A DNA stretch of 64,000 bases from assembly GCA_041649755.1 (NCBI GenBank), contig JBAZMK010000005.1:8597-72596 (forward strand), in the 5' to 3' direction. The notes beneath the pieces were generated by a model. It saw nothing but the letters and a program-made list of their open reading frames with translations. It ran no database searches and was not told the DNA's origin. Origin of the DNA: Candidatus Pacearchaeota archaeon. Lineage in GTDB: Archaea > Nanobdellota > Nanobdellia > Pacearchaeales > GW2011-AR1. Below, in pieces: positions 9,580-18,764 of this stretch (the first letter of the stretch is position 1; each line of letters starts with the position of its first letter). The translations under genes were made by a program, and so were the position numbers.

Positions 9580-10453
9580 TTTCTTCTGTTAATAAAATAA
9601 CTGAATCTTGTTTGTCTTCTTTTCCTGGAACAATTGATTTGAATCTTCTTTCCAGGTAGTTGAAACCAAATCTTCTAAAAGTTTCTTGTCTTAGTTCACT
9701 TCTATTAATCAACTTTCTATTTTCACTAAAACCTTCTCTTGTATCATAAACATATGCTGCACAAATAATTCCTCCAAGAGTTAAATGCTTTCTTAAAGGA
9801 ACGAGAATCTCCTCACAGAAAGAATCTAAATAATTAGTTTCTCCAGGAAATAGATCTTGAGAATAATCCGCCAAGTTAGAAAGAAGGATGACCTCAAAAT
9901 TATCTTCTAACTTAGAAGTCAGATCTCTAACATCTGAATTAATTAATTTAACTCTTCCATTTCTAATATTAATCCGGGTTCTAATATAATTAAAATCGGA
10001 ATGCAAATAAAGATTGCAAACAGTTCTTAATTCATTTATATCAAACCTCTTATTAAATAACTTAGATTGTCTTATTTGTCTACCATCTTTTTTATATTTC
10101 TTATAGAGACTATCAAAAAAACTTACGCACTCTTCAGACAAGTTTCTTTTTAAACCCTCATAAATTCTGTGGTCCATCGTTCTTTTGCTTCCTGTAAAAA
10201 AATAATCTTTAAAATCTCTTATATCTAAATGCTGTAAAGCTTTAATCTTTAATTCGGCGAATAATAAAGCAAGACGATTTATATCAAAACCAACAACACT
10301 TTTAGCTCCAAAAAAGAAAGGATTGATTACGTGGTCTCCAGAGCCAATAACAGTCAACACATTTTTCCCTTCAAAACCTAACTCTCCCATATATTCTGCG
10401 AGATTTTCTGTTGTAAAAGGGTATACTTTAGATCTTTCTCCAAATGAAGGCAT
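9563..10453 (-). CDS. SAM-binding Rossmann-fold protein (methyltransferase/aminocarboxypropyl-transferase-like, DUF3419-like)
   Basis: Motif I-like VLTVIGSGDHV and an acidic post-I strand (VVGFDIN). Overlaps its neighbours on both sides. Confidence 0.45.
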   Translation of the reverse strand: MPSFGERSKVYPFTTENLAEYMGELGFEGKNVLTVIGSGDHVINPFFFGAKSVVGFDINRLALLFAELKIKALQHLDIRDFKDYFFTGSKRTMDHRIYEGLKRNLSEECVSFFDSLYKKYKKDGRQIRQSKLFNKRFDINELRTVCNLYLHSDFNYIRTRINIRNGRVKLINSDVRDLTSKLEDNFEVILLSNLADYSQDLFPGETNYLDSFCEEILVPLRKHLTLGGIICAAYVYDTREGFSENRKLINRSELRQETFRRFGFNYLERRFKSIVPGKEDKQDSVILLTEENGRIK

Positions 10454-10454
10454 T

Positions 10455-10955
10455 TTAAATTTTTTTGGCTAGAAAAATAATTATCTTATGTTGGTGCATA
10501 TCTTCCCCATGTTTCTTAGATAAACAATCGTGATTATGGATTATTTCCCAGCCAAAGTACAATTTATTTAATTCCTCTTTGTTTGGATAAAAATGAATTT
10601 TGTCATTCGATTCTTCTTGTGACATACAAATTAAAAAGTGGAATCCTCCTAAAATAGTGTTTTCCTGCATTTTTCTAATTAGGTTAGAAGCTTCTTTAAT
10701 TTCAAAAAAATGCAAAATTCCAGATCCAATAATTAAATCATATTTAGTTTCAAACTTAAATTTAGAAAGGTCTTGTTGAATAAATTTAAAATTCTCGGGT
10801 TGCTCTGCTATCCTTTCTTTATCCACCCCTGTAACACTAATTCCTTTTTCAATAAATATTTTAGAAAACTTACAGTTACCACAGCCTAAATCTAGAACCT
10901 TTGAAGGATCTAGCTGTTTTATAATATCAACGATTATTGGTTTGGCTGGTTGCAT
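10455..10955 (-). CDS. Class I SAM-dependent methyltransferase
   Basis: Motif I VLDLGCGNCKF with an acidic motif II (VTGVDKE). 166 aa. Confidence 0.75.
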   Translation of the reverse strand: MQPAKPIIVDIIKQLDPSKVLDLGCGNCKFSKIFIEKGISVTGVDKERIAEQPENFKFIQQDLSKFKFETKYDLIIGSGILHFFEIKEASNLIRKMQENTILGGFHFLICMSQEESNDKIHFYPNKEELNKLYFGWEIIHNHDCLSKKHGEDMHQHKIIIFLAKKI

Positions 10956-12033
10956 TTTCTATATACCTATCCTTTAGATCAGAAGGTTTAACTAAGTTTC
11001 TAAAACACATAGGATCCTTTGCCATGTAATCTCCAGTTGTCGCATAAGCTATAGCTCTGCATCCCTTGCAATGAGAAACATATTCACATCCAGTATCTTT
11101 TTTTAATTTTTTTAAATCCCTTAAATTATGCATTACTTCCTTTTCAGTTATAAGGCTGACCAGCCCCTCACTAATGTGACCTATCTCAATGGGAAGTCTT
11201 CTACATGGATAAACTCTCCCATTAGACAGAACTGAAATTCCGGAATACCCTGCACCACATCCTCCTAAAAATTTTCCAGTATCCCTTGAAGTTCTTTTCA
11301 AAGGGTCATCACAATGCATTAAGTGCCATAATACTTCTGTTTCTAGCAATCTTATTTTCCCTTCGTATTTCTCTTCTAATTTTCTTTGATCACCATATAT
11401 TTGGTATAAACCTTCTGCATCAATAAACTCCGGATCTCTTAGCCCTAAATCTTTTCTTGGGACGTAAGACTGTATTCCAAAAACATCTGCTCCTGCATCG
11501 ATAGAATCTTTTATTGCCTGTTCAATGTGATTTTTATTTGATTGCATCGCAGTAAAAGAAATTGTTACTCCAATCCCCACATCTCTACAATTTGCTATGC
11601 CTTCCATAGCCTTATCAAAAGCATAGTGTCTTTGTCTAACTTGGTTATGTCTTTCCTTGTCTCCATCAATAGAGATTTGTACTCTTTTAATTCCTCTTTC
11701 TTTTAAGGCTCTAGCTTTATCAGGAGTTATGAGAGTTCCATTTGTCAAAAGTTTTGTTGGAACTTGGAATCTTTGGGTATATTCTAATATATCTAATAGA
11801 TCTTTTCTCAAAAGAGGTTCGCCTCCAGAAATATTAAATCTAGGAATCATTGACCACCTTTGTGTTGTTCTAACAAGATCGTCTATCATTCCAGTAACTT
11901 CGCTAAACCCCATTAAACAAGATTCTTCTTGCTTATGTTCTTCTTGCCCTTCTCTAGTATGATAACAATGCTTACACCTAAGATTGCAGTCATTCGTAGA
12001 GTCCCATTGAATGAATATTTGTTTTTTCGTCAT
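10927..12033 (-). CDS. Radical SAM enzyme with C-terminal SPASM domain (peptide-modifying maturase family)
   Basis: CNLRCKHCY is a CxxxCxxC rSAM cluster. C-terminal Cys arrays: CGAGYSGISVLSNGRVYPC, CEYVSHCKGC and a further Cys in MAKDPMCF. These are SPASM/twitch auxiliary-cluster ligands. Confidence 0.85.
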   Translation of the reverse strand: MTKKQIFIQWDSTNDCNLRCKHCYHTREGQEEHKQEESCLMGFSEVTGMIDDLVRTTQRWSMIPRFNISGGEPLLRKDLLDILEYTQRFQVPTKLLTNGTLITPDKARALKERGIKRVQISIDGDKERHNQVRQRHYAFDKAMEGIANCRDVGIGVTISFTAMQSNKNHIEQAIKDSIDAGADVFGIQSYVPRKDLGLRDPEFIDAEGLYQIYGDQRKLEEKYEGKIRLLETEVLWHLMHCDDPLKRTSRDTGKFLGGCGAGYSGISVLSNGRVYPCRRLPIEIGHISEGLVSLITEKEVMHNLRDLKKLKKDTGCEYVSHCKGCRAIAYATTGDYMAKDPMCFRNLVKPSDLKDRYIENATSQTNNR

Positions 12034-12081
12034 ATTAAATTTACCAATACATCACTCTCCTTGAAATATCAGTAAAGAAAA

Positions 12082-12243
12082 TTAATCCCTTGGAAGATAA
12101 TCATTCCCATCACAACTAACGCAGTCTTGGCATCCTGAAACACAAGTATACCCTTCTTGTCTAACTTCAGGCATCATGCTTTCAAGAAAGTCTATTTCTT
12201 CAGGTGTTTTCTCAACCACATCTTGTAAACATCCATTTACCAT
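12082..12243 (-). CDS. 53-aa Cys-rich candidate RiPP precursor peptide (MVNGCLQDVVEKTPEEIDFLESMMPEVRQEGYTCVSGCQDCVSCDGNDYLPRD); absent from the ORF track
   Basis: Hand-translated minus-strand ORF that ends 49 nt upstream of the rSAM/SPASM gene start. The C-terminal core has four Cys in CxxxCxxCxxC spacing, plus Asp/Thr/Ser. An archaeal TATA box lies about 23-30 nt upstream of the ATG. Confidence 0.45.
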   Translation of the reverse strand: MVNGCLQDVVEKTPEEIDFLESMMPEVRQEGYTCVSGCQDCVSCDGNDYLPRD

Positions 12244-12264
12244 AAATTATAGAGTTAAATAAGG

Positions 12265-12273
12265 TATATAAAG
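12265..12273 (-). promoter_or_regulatory. TATA-box-like element (TTTATATA) upstream of the precursor-peptide ORF; leaderless-type start
   Basis: Minus-strand reading gives ctTTATATAccttatttaactctataatttATG. The A/T box is about 23-30 nt before the ATG. Confidence 0.35.
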
Positions 12274-12319
12274 ATTATTATGATCTAAAATAACTTTAAT
12301 TCTTTCTAATATTAAAAGT

Positions 12320-12739
12320 TCACTTAAACAACTCTAAACATTCATCTCTCAAAAATCCGCCTTCAATTTTTATTTTATTTCCGCCGTGCTTATTCAATTT
12401 CTTGTCGGTTATATCTATTTCTTTAAAGCCGTGTTTTATAGCGTCTTTGTTGCTTGCCCCGAAAACAATTTTATCGACGTCGGTTACCCAAGCCATATAG
12501 AAACACATCGGACAAGGCTCGCAGGTCGTGTAAAGCGTATACCCTTTTAGATTATTCTTTCCTATCTTGTCGGTCGCCCTAATAATCGCCTCAGTCTCAG
12601 CATGATAACGAACATCCCCGACAGGTCTTTTCCCCGCCCTAGAAATTATCGCATCCCCCTTAACAATAACTGCCCCAAAATGATGCCCATGCTTCTTAGC
12701 GTCCTTAATCGCCTCCCGCATAAAATCCTCTTTTTTCAT
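12320..12739 (-). CDS. Cytidine/deoxycytidylate-type zinc deaminase (TadA/dCMP deaminase-like)
   Basis: Zinc-binding motifs HAETEAI and TTCEPCPMC (H-A-E ... PCxxC). Confidence 0.75.
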   Translation of the reverse strand: MKKEDFMREAIKDAKKHGHHFGAVIVKGDAIISRAGKRPVGDVRYHAETEAIIRATDKIGKNNLKGYTLYTTCEPCPMCFYMAWVTDVDKIVFGASNKDAIKHGFKEIDITDKKLNKHGGNKIKIEGGFLRDECLELFK

Positions 12740-12790
12740 AAATTTTTCTAATTAAACAACTATTTAAATTTAGAGATTGTACAATAAGTT

Positions 12791-13237
12791 ATGACAATAA
12801 ACTACACTCCCGGAGATTTAATCGACCACCACGCAGTCTCAGCAGTTATTAAGAATAGCGAGGGAGATATCCTAATGCAAGATCACGTTAAGTATGGTTT
12901 TTGGACAATTCCAATCGGAAAGGCGGAACCTAATCAAGATCCAATTGAAGCAATAAAACAGGAAGCTTTCGAAGAATGCAATTTAATGATTAAAGAACTA
13001 AAAGAAATCGCATACAAGGAAGTCGAATACGAAAGAAATGAAAACAATATTAAAGCATTCACCCACGTATACGAAATTATCTCTTATTCAGGAGAACTAC
13101 AAAACAAAGAACCTCATAAACATAACGAACAGAAATTTATGTCTTTAGAAGAAATAAAAAAGATACCTTATCTATCAGACTCTACGATTTTCTTTTTAGA
13201 GAGTTTAGGTTTTAAGAGGGATGCGAGGTTGGATTAA
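12791..13237 (+). CDS. NUDIX-like hydrolase (degenerate Nudix box)
   Basis: GKAEPNQDPIEAIKQEAFEECNL loosely fits GX5EX7REUXEEXGU. The fit is weak. Confidence 0.4.
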   Translation: MTINYTPGDLIDHHAVSAVIKNSEGDILMQDHVKYGFWTIPIGKAEPNQDPIEAIKQEAFEECNLMIKELKEIAYKEVEYERNENNIKAFTHVYEIISYSGELQNKEPHKHNEQKFMSLEEIKKIPYLSDSTIFFLESLGFKRDARLD

Positions 13238-13266
13238 TTTTATAAGTCTCAAAACTATCCAATTCT

Positions 13267-13995
13267 ATGACATGCTATTCCCACTCCCGTCTCTCAACTT
13301 ACGAAACCTGCCCCTATAAATACAAGCTTCAATATATTGATAGAATAAAAGTAGATGTTCCAACGACAATTGAGGCGTTTATGGGAGATTTGGTGCACCA
13401 GACTCTCGAAAAGCTATACAAGGACAAAAAGTTCAAGAAAGTCGTTTCTAAGGCCACGTTGCTTAAATTTTATAAGGATTTGTGGGCGAAGGAGTATTCT
13501 GAAGATATTCTAGTGGCCAAGGCTGACCAAGGGATAACTTCAGAGAATTATCGAAAAATGGGCCTTAAATTTATTGAAGATTATTATGATAAATACAAGC
13601 CGTTTAACCAATTGACTATTTTAGGACTTGAAACTCAAGACCGGATGACCTTGCCGGATGGAAACCAATGGCACGTTAGAATCGATAAGTTAGCTTGTGA
13701 CCAAGAAGGTAATTATTACGTTTGCGATTATAAGACAAATGCTCGAATGAAGGATCAAGAGGAAGCCGATGCGGACAGACAACTTGCACTTTATTCGATT
13801 TGGGTTAAAGATAAATTCAAGGATGCAAAATCTGTTAAATTAGTTTGGCATATGTTGGCTTTCAATAAGGATGCGGTTTCAGAGAGGACGGACGAGGAGT
13901 TGGAGAAATTGCAACAAGATGTTTGTGATAAGATTAAAGAGATTGAGTCGGCGACAGAATTTCCTAGAAATCAAACGGTTTATCAGGCTTCGTAG
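13267..13995 (+). CDS. PD-(D/E)xK nuclease, Cas4/RecB-family-like
   Basis: N-terminal SRLSTYETCPYKYKLQYI motif, a VCDYKT (D-x-K) catalytic core and a QLALYS (QxxxY) motif. Confidence 0.6.
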   Translation: MTCYSHSRLSTYETCPYKYKLQYIDRIKVDVPTTIEAFMGDLVHQTLEKLYKDKKFKKVVSKATLLKFYKDLWAKEYSEDILVAKADQGITSENYRKMGLKFIEDYYDKYKPFNQLTILGLETQDRMTLPDGNQWHVRIDKLACDQEGNYYVCDYKTNARMKDQEEADADRQLALYSIWVKDKFKDAKSVKLVWHMLAFNKDAVSERTDEELEKLQQDVCDKIKEIESATEFPRNQTVYQAS

Positions 13996-14664
13996 CGTCA
14001 TTTTCTCTAGACTAATAGCCGTTTCCTCCATTCTCTCCAAAACCTCTAACACGTCGCCTAAGATCGGTGGTTGATTCTTCCAGCTTTTCTTCTCATTCAT
14101 ATAAATGTCCCTTCGCTCGTATGCTTCAGTCAATGCCTGATCAATAAAAGACTTCTGCGGTTCTGTCAAATTCCCAAGCATTACTGGCATCAAATCCATC
14201 AAAGAAAGTCGCTTCTCGGCATAATCGTGTCCCATCAAATCAAGAGGATTAATAATAGTCTTAGAAGTCCTAGACAAATCTATCCTCTGACCTTTAAACT
14301 TTTCAACTAAGCCCTTATATTCACTTTGTGGGTCAATTACAATAACTTTCGTACCATTGAGCAGATGTCTCGTGATAAATAATTTAGTCATATAGCTTTT
14401 ACCTGCCCCCGAACTTGCCAAACACATCCCATTTGAATTTGAAAGTTTGAAAATATCCCTAATTATAGGGATATTATTTTTATTTAACCCAAACCAAACG
14501 CCAGTCTCATCAAATTTAAAGAAAGAAGATGTAAAAGGGAAAAAAGCCGAAAGTGCCGAAGTCGTAATATTTCTAGTTGCCCCAAGAAAATCTTTAGCCA
14601 AAGGAAGACAAGACTTAAATCCTTGAATCATTCTAAAATTAGGTTGTCTGGGAATTATTAACAA
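13879..14664 (-). pseudogene. HerA/DUF87-like P-loop ATPase fragment (truncated; 3' end overlaps the convergent nuclease gene by ~117 nt)
   Basis: Walker A SSGAGKSY followed by VIVIDPQSEYKGL, the HerA/DUF87 GxxGSGKS...IxDPHGEY pattern. It is only 261 aa and has no room for an N-terminal domain because the pyruvate kinase gene ends 26 nt upstream. The C-terminal ~35 aa are low-complexity. Confidence 0.4.
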
Positions 14665-14689
14665 CGCATTAAGTTCCGACTCTATCTTT

Positions 14690-15700
14690 TTAGTTATGTT
14701 TTAAATAGTCGAGCGTAGTATCAATAATATGTTTCGTTATTAGAACAGCATTAACTCTGTCCGAACTGTCATAAACAGTTTCTTCACATAATTGTATTGC
14801 ATCAGCTCCATCAAGAACTGAATTTGTTATATCGGTTATTTCTGAGGGATATGGTCTAGGTCTTGAAATAGAACTCATTAATGTCCCAGTAGAAACCATT
14901 CCAAACTTTTTGTGTAGATTGCATAATTTCAATATTTGTTTTTGATAAAGCCCCATTTTGCCATAATCTTCGTGAGAAGGTAAATCTCCTCTAGCAATCA
15001 TAATCCCATCACTTACTCTTACTATTCCTTCTAGATTTCTAATTCCTTGAGAGTTTTCTATCTTTCCCATAATAAAAGGTCTTTCTTTTCCAGCAGCCAT
15101 TATTCTCTGACGAACATACTCAATATCATCTGGTGATTCAGTAAATGAAATAGCTAACCAGTCTACTTTATGTCGTATTGAATAATCAATTTCATAATCT
15201 ATCTTACTCATATTTTTAGAAATAATGTTTCTTCCAGGGATAGCCAATCCTTTTCTAGATGGCAAAGAAACATACGATGTAGGAGAAACCAATAAAATTT
15301 CTCTGTTTTTTTCTTTAACTCTCAAAACAGCTTCTCCATCTCCACAAACAATCTCATCTCCCACTTCACATAAAGAACAAGGTTCTTTATGTCGTAGGGG
15401 TAAATGCGTTGGATCTTTAGCACGTTCTCCAGAAGAGATCCAATATTCTTTATTAGGATCTAATGGGAATGGATTGGTAAAAAAATCACCAAAGCGAATT
15501 TTTTCGCTTTTTGTATCAATAACAAAAGGAATATGAGGATTATAACTACGAATTCTTTCAAGATTCATTGTTATTTGTGGTTCAAATTCCCTCCAGAATG
15601 GAACTCTTACCATTCCTGCTCCTGCATCTAATAGATCATATAACCTTTGTTGATCATCTAAATCGCACCCAATAGACGCACTTATTAATACTTTTCTCAT
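14690..15700 (-). CDS. pyk: Pyruvate kinase (short form lacking C-terminal regulatory domain)
   Basis: PK barrel-domain motifs FIMGKIENSQGIRNLEGIVRVSDGIMIARGDL and SEITDITNSVLDGADAIQLCEETV. Confidence 0.8.
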   Translation of the reverse strand: MRKVLISASIGCDLDDQQRLYDLLDAGAGMVRVPFWREFEPQITMNLERIRSYNPHIPFVIDTKSEKIRFGDFFTNPFPLDPNKEYWISSGERAKDPTHLPLRHKEPCSLCEVGDEIVCGDGEAVLRVKEKNREILLVSPTSYVSLPSRKGLAIPGRNIISKNMSKIDYEIDYSIRHKVDWLAISFTESPDDIEYVRQRIMAAGKERPFIMGKIENSQGIRNLEGIVRVSDGIMIARGDLPSHEDYGKMGLYQKQILKLCNLHKKFGMVSTGTLMSSISRPRPYPSEITDITNSVLDGADAIQLCEETVYDSSDRVNAVLITKHIIDTTLDYLKHN

Positions 15701-15789
15701 AATAATTTGTTGAAAACTTCGTTTAAATAATTTTTTATTTAAAAAAACTTGTCAGCAAGATTTATAAGTTAGAATTATTAATTTTCTTT

Positions 15790-16245
15790 ATGGCAGAAAA
15801 GATAGGGATTAGGAGCGCAACAGTAACTATAAGGGATGGTAAAGTATTGTTGGTAAATTCAAAATATGATGATGGAGAATATTATCTATTTCCGGGAGGA
15901 GGAGTTGAGTTTGGAGAAACTATTGAAGAGGGAGCAATAAGGGAAACTTTCGAAGAGACTGGATTTAAGGTAAAAATAGAGAAATTAATCCATATAAATG
16001 AATTTATCTATAAGGAAGATTGGAATAAAAGATCTATAACCGCGTTTTTCTTAGCTTCTCCAAAAGAAGAATCTTTAGAAAATATCTCTAATGATAATGG
16101 GAAAATAAAAACGGTTGAATGGATAGACATATCCAAATTAGAAGACTTAGATATTCGACCGGAGATTCTCTCTAAGATTTTAAAAGAATATAAAGAGGAT
16201 TTAAATAAAATTGTTTCAAGCTATAGCGTTGATTTTAAAGAGTAA
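15790..16245 (+). CDS. NUDIX hydrolase
   Basis: Canonical Nudix box GGGVEFGETIEEGAIRETFEETG. Confidence 0.8.
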   Translation: MAEKIGIRSATVTIRDGKVLLVNSKYDDGEYYLFPGGGVEFGETIEEGAIRETFEETGFKVKIEKLIHINEFIYKEDWNKRSITAFFLASPKEESLENISNDNGKIKTVEWIDISKLEDLDIRPEILSKILKEYKEDLNKIVSSYSVDFKE

Positions 16246-16248
16246 ATT

Positions 16249-16863
16249 ATGGATTTTCGACAAATATTCTTCGATCTTGATGATACGTTAGTAAATACTA
16301 GAGAAACTATTTATAAGAGAATTGGAATTCTATTGGAGGAGTTTCAATTGAGAACTGACCCTTATAAAATATATGATTTGCTTGATCTTAAAGATCGAGA
16401 AGAAAGGTTAAAAGGTTTAGTAAAAAATCCTGCAGATTTTTGGGAGCGATATGAACAACTTAGGAGAATAGTCAGAGTATCAAGTATCTCGGGAGTAATC
16501 CCAACACTTGAAGAACTACGTTCTAGAAATATCCCTCTTGGGATAATTACGAATAATAGACACGGTAAAACCTTGGAAAAATTAACTTCTGCTAAGATAA
16601 ATAGCAGGATTTTTATTGGAGGTATTTACAGTTGTTCAGAAATCGATTTTCTTAAACCCTCTTCAGAAATAGCAAAAATAATAAATTTATTTCCTGAGAA
16701 AGTTTTATATGTTGGAGATGATTTAATTGATTATGAATTTGCACAAAATATGGGCGTAGATTTTTATGGCGTTTGCACAGGATTTTATGGCAAAGAAGAC
16801 TTTTTAAAAAAAGGTTTAGGCGTTGAAAGAATCTTTCCAAATATTAGAAAGGCTTTTAAATGA
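16249..16863 (+). CDS. HAD-superfamily hydrolase (phosphatase)
   Basis: Motif I IFFDLDDTLVNT, motif III/IV region ...KVLYVGDDLIDYEFAQNMG. Confidence 0.8.
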   Translation: MDFRQIFFDLDDTLVNTRETIYKRIGILLEEFQLRTDPYKIYDLLDLKDREERLKGLVKNPADFWERYEQLRRIVRVSSISGVIPTLEELRSRNIPLGIITNNRHGKTLEKLTSAKINSRIFIGGIYSCSEIDFLKPSSEIAKIINLFPEKVLYVGDDLIDYEFAQNMGVDFYGVCTGFYGKEDFLKKGLGVERIFPNIRKAFK

Positions 16864-17715
16864 TTTACAAAAAGATTCTATATTCATCAATATGGTGCCA
16901 ATTAGAAAATATAATAGAGGTTCTGAGTTATTTTTTTTACTAACTTCATCATTGATTTTCAATATTATCCTAGAAAAATCTTCGTTAAAATAATTTTTAT
17001 TTGAAAAGGACGTTATGATTTCTCCAAAGATTTCTCCAATTCTTTTAAGTTCATCTATAGAGACATTTGAATAATTTTTCTTGCCCCTATTTTTATAATA
17101 AATTAATATACCCTTTTGGATGTTTTTTAAAGATTCAAATCCCGTTTTACATAGTAAATAATTACTTCCAATTCTTTGCGAAAAAAAGATTTGTCTTAGA
17201 AATAAACTTATTTTAGAAGAAACTTCATAAGATATATCTTCAATTTCTTCAATATTTCTTAGATTTTTATTCTGTAACTCTTTTTGAAGAGATTGAATTT
17301 GCCATTTCAATAATGATAAAATATTTATAATACTTTTATTATTATCAATATTAAACTTATGATTTGAAAATAATATTTGTGCGTCCTTTTTCCCTCTCTC
17401 TAAAATGTCAGCACCTACCAAATTGTCGATAACTTTTTTTATTACCTTATAATCTTTTTCTGTCTTAAATAAAATATTAATTTCAGAAAAACCCTCAGAA
17501 TAGAGCCTGTAGATTTCTTCAAGATTTGTTTCATCAAAGAGAATAACCTTTGATTCTTTAAGTATTTCCAAATTGTCAGCGGTTATTAAGATTGATTCTC
17601 CTTCAACAGTAACTTCTAATTCTTGACCTTTTTTTATCTCTTTCTGTTTAATCCAATTTTTTGGAAGACTAATCATATAACTTGCAGGCCCCTGTCTAAT
17701 AACTCTCCTTTTCAT
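16816..17715 (-). CDS. Hypothetical protein with N-terminal AbrB/SpoVT-like swapped-hairpin domain (possible PhoU-type regulator)
   Basis: N-terminus VIRQGPASYMISLPKNWIKQKEIKKGQELEV resembles archaeal AbrB-domain regulators. The rest is helical. Confidence 0.4.
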   Translation of the reverse strand: MKRRVIRQGPASYMISLPKNWIKQKEIKKGQELEVTVEGESILITADNLEILKESKVILFDETNLEEIYRLYSEGFSEINILFKTEKDYKVIKKVIDNLVGADILERGKKDAQILFSNHKFNIDNNKSIINILSLLKWQIQSLQKELQNKNLRNIEEIEDISYEVSSKISLFLRQIFFSQRIGSNYLLCKTGFESLKNIQKGILIYYKNRGKKNYSNVSIDELKRIGEIFGEIITSFSNKNYFNEDFSRIILKINDEVSKKNNSEPLLYFLIGTILMNIESFCKSFKSLSNIWKDSFNA

Positions 17716-17788
17716 TTTATTTAAATAATATATACATAATAATTGTATATAGACTACATTTATATATATTTCTATTGTAACGATAATT

Positions 17789-18763
17789 ATGGTTATAATT
17801 GGAATAGCTGCATATAATGAAGAAAATAACCTTTGTGAAACACTACCTTATTTAGAGGATCAATTAATGAAAATGAAGATAATCAAAGACTCTAAAATTT
17901 TAGTTTGTTTAAATGGTTGTACCGATCAAACTGAAAGAATTGTAAAGAGAATGCAAAGGGAATATAACAATATTGCAATCCTTCACTCTAAAAAAGGCAA
18001 ATTAAAAGCACATAAAAAGATTTTGGATAATCTACCTAACGGCGAGATAATATTTTTTTCGGACGCAGATGTATTTGTTCCGCGAAAAACGATTCAGAAT
18101 ATATTGAATGAATTCAAAAATAATAGAAACGCAAAAATCATCTCAGCATATCCTTATGCGTTAAAGTTAGGGAAATCTAATCTTTATGTAAAACTAGTAT
18201 ATAATGTTTTAAATATTAAAAGAATATATCCAAAAATTGAAGTAGCAGAGAAAGATGTATCCAAATTTCATGGTAATGTGGAGGATAAATTTTTAAAAAA
18301 ATCCAGAATATATTTTCATGGGAGATTTTTTGGTATTAAAACCAAGGAGGTATATCAATTCCCTAAAAAGGGCAGTAAGATAAGAGGAGATGACACTTTT
18401 CTAACAAGATGTACTTTGTTAAAATATGGTGGGGGATCAATAAAGGTTTTATTTAAATCTCCAGTTTATTGTTCACCGGTAACTTCAGTTAAAGAATATT
18501 TAAAATCTTGGTATCGAATTAGAAAAGATATTGATCTTATTGGAGAAGAATATCCCGAATATAAAGAGATAAACAAAAATGTTGAGATGACCATCAATTG
18601 GGATTATTTAAAAAAAATGAAAACTTCAGTTAAGATTTATGCAGTCCTATTTTTTATATTAAGAAAATATGAAAAGTATTCTTTTTTTATATTAAAGAGA
18701 TATATAGATTTAGATAATATTTGGTCTTATGATAAGAAAGATTCAATAAGGAGGTTTAAATAA
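17789..18763 (+). CDS. Glycosyltransferase family 2
   Basis: N-terminal GT-A signature VIIGIAAYNEENNL plus FFSDADV (DxD-type). Confidence 0.7.
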   Translation: MVIIGIAAYNEENNLCETLPYLEDQLMKMKIIKDSKILVCLNGCTDQTERIVKRMQREYNNIAILHSKKGKLKAHKKILDNLPNGEIIFFSDADVFVPRKTIQNILNEFKNNRNAKIISAYPYALKLGKSNLYVKLVYNVLNIKRIYPKIEVAEKDVSKFHGNVEDKFLKKSRIYFHGRFFGIKTKEVYQFPKKGSKIRGDDTFLTRCTLLKYGGGSIKVLFKSPVYCSPVTSVKEYLKSWYRIRKDIDLIGEEYPEYKEINKNVEMTINWDYLKKMKTSVKIYAVLFFILRKYEKYSFFILKRYIDLDNIWSYDKKDSIRRFK

Positions 18764-18764
18764 A

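Noticed and set aside
9563-10453. Calling the 296-aa protein a specific BtaA-type aminocarboxypropyl transferase
   Set aside because: Only the generic SAM-binding motif I and the acidic beta-2 residue are visible. That is not enough to separate methyltransferase from ACP-transferase chemistry.
11657-11962. 101-aa + strand ORF inside the radical SAM gene
   Set aside because: Antisense shadow ORF. The minus-strand frame carries the CxxxCxxC and SPASM motifs.
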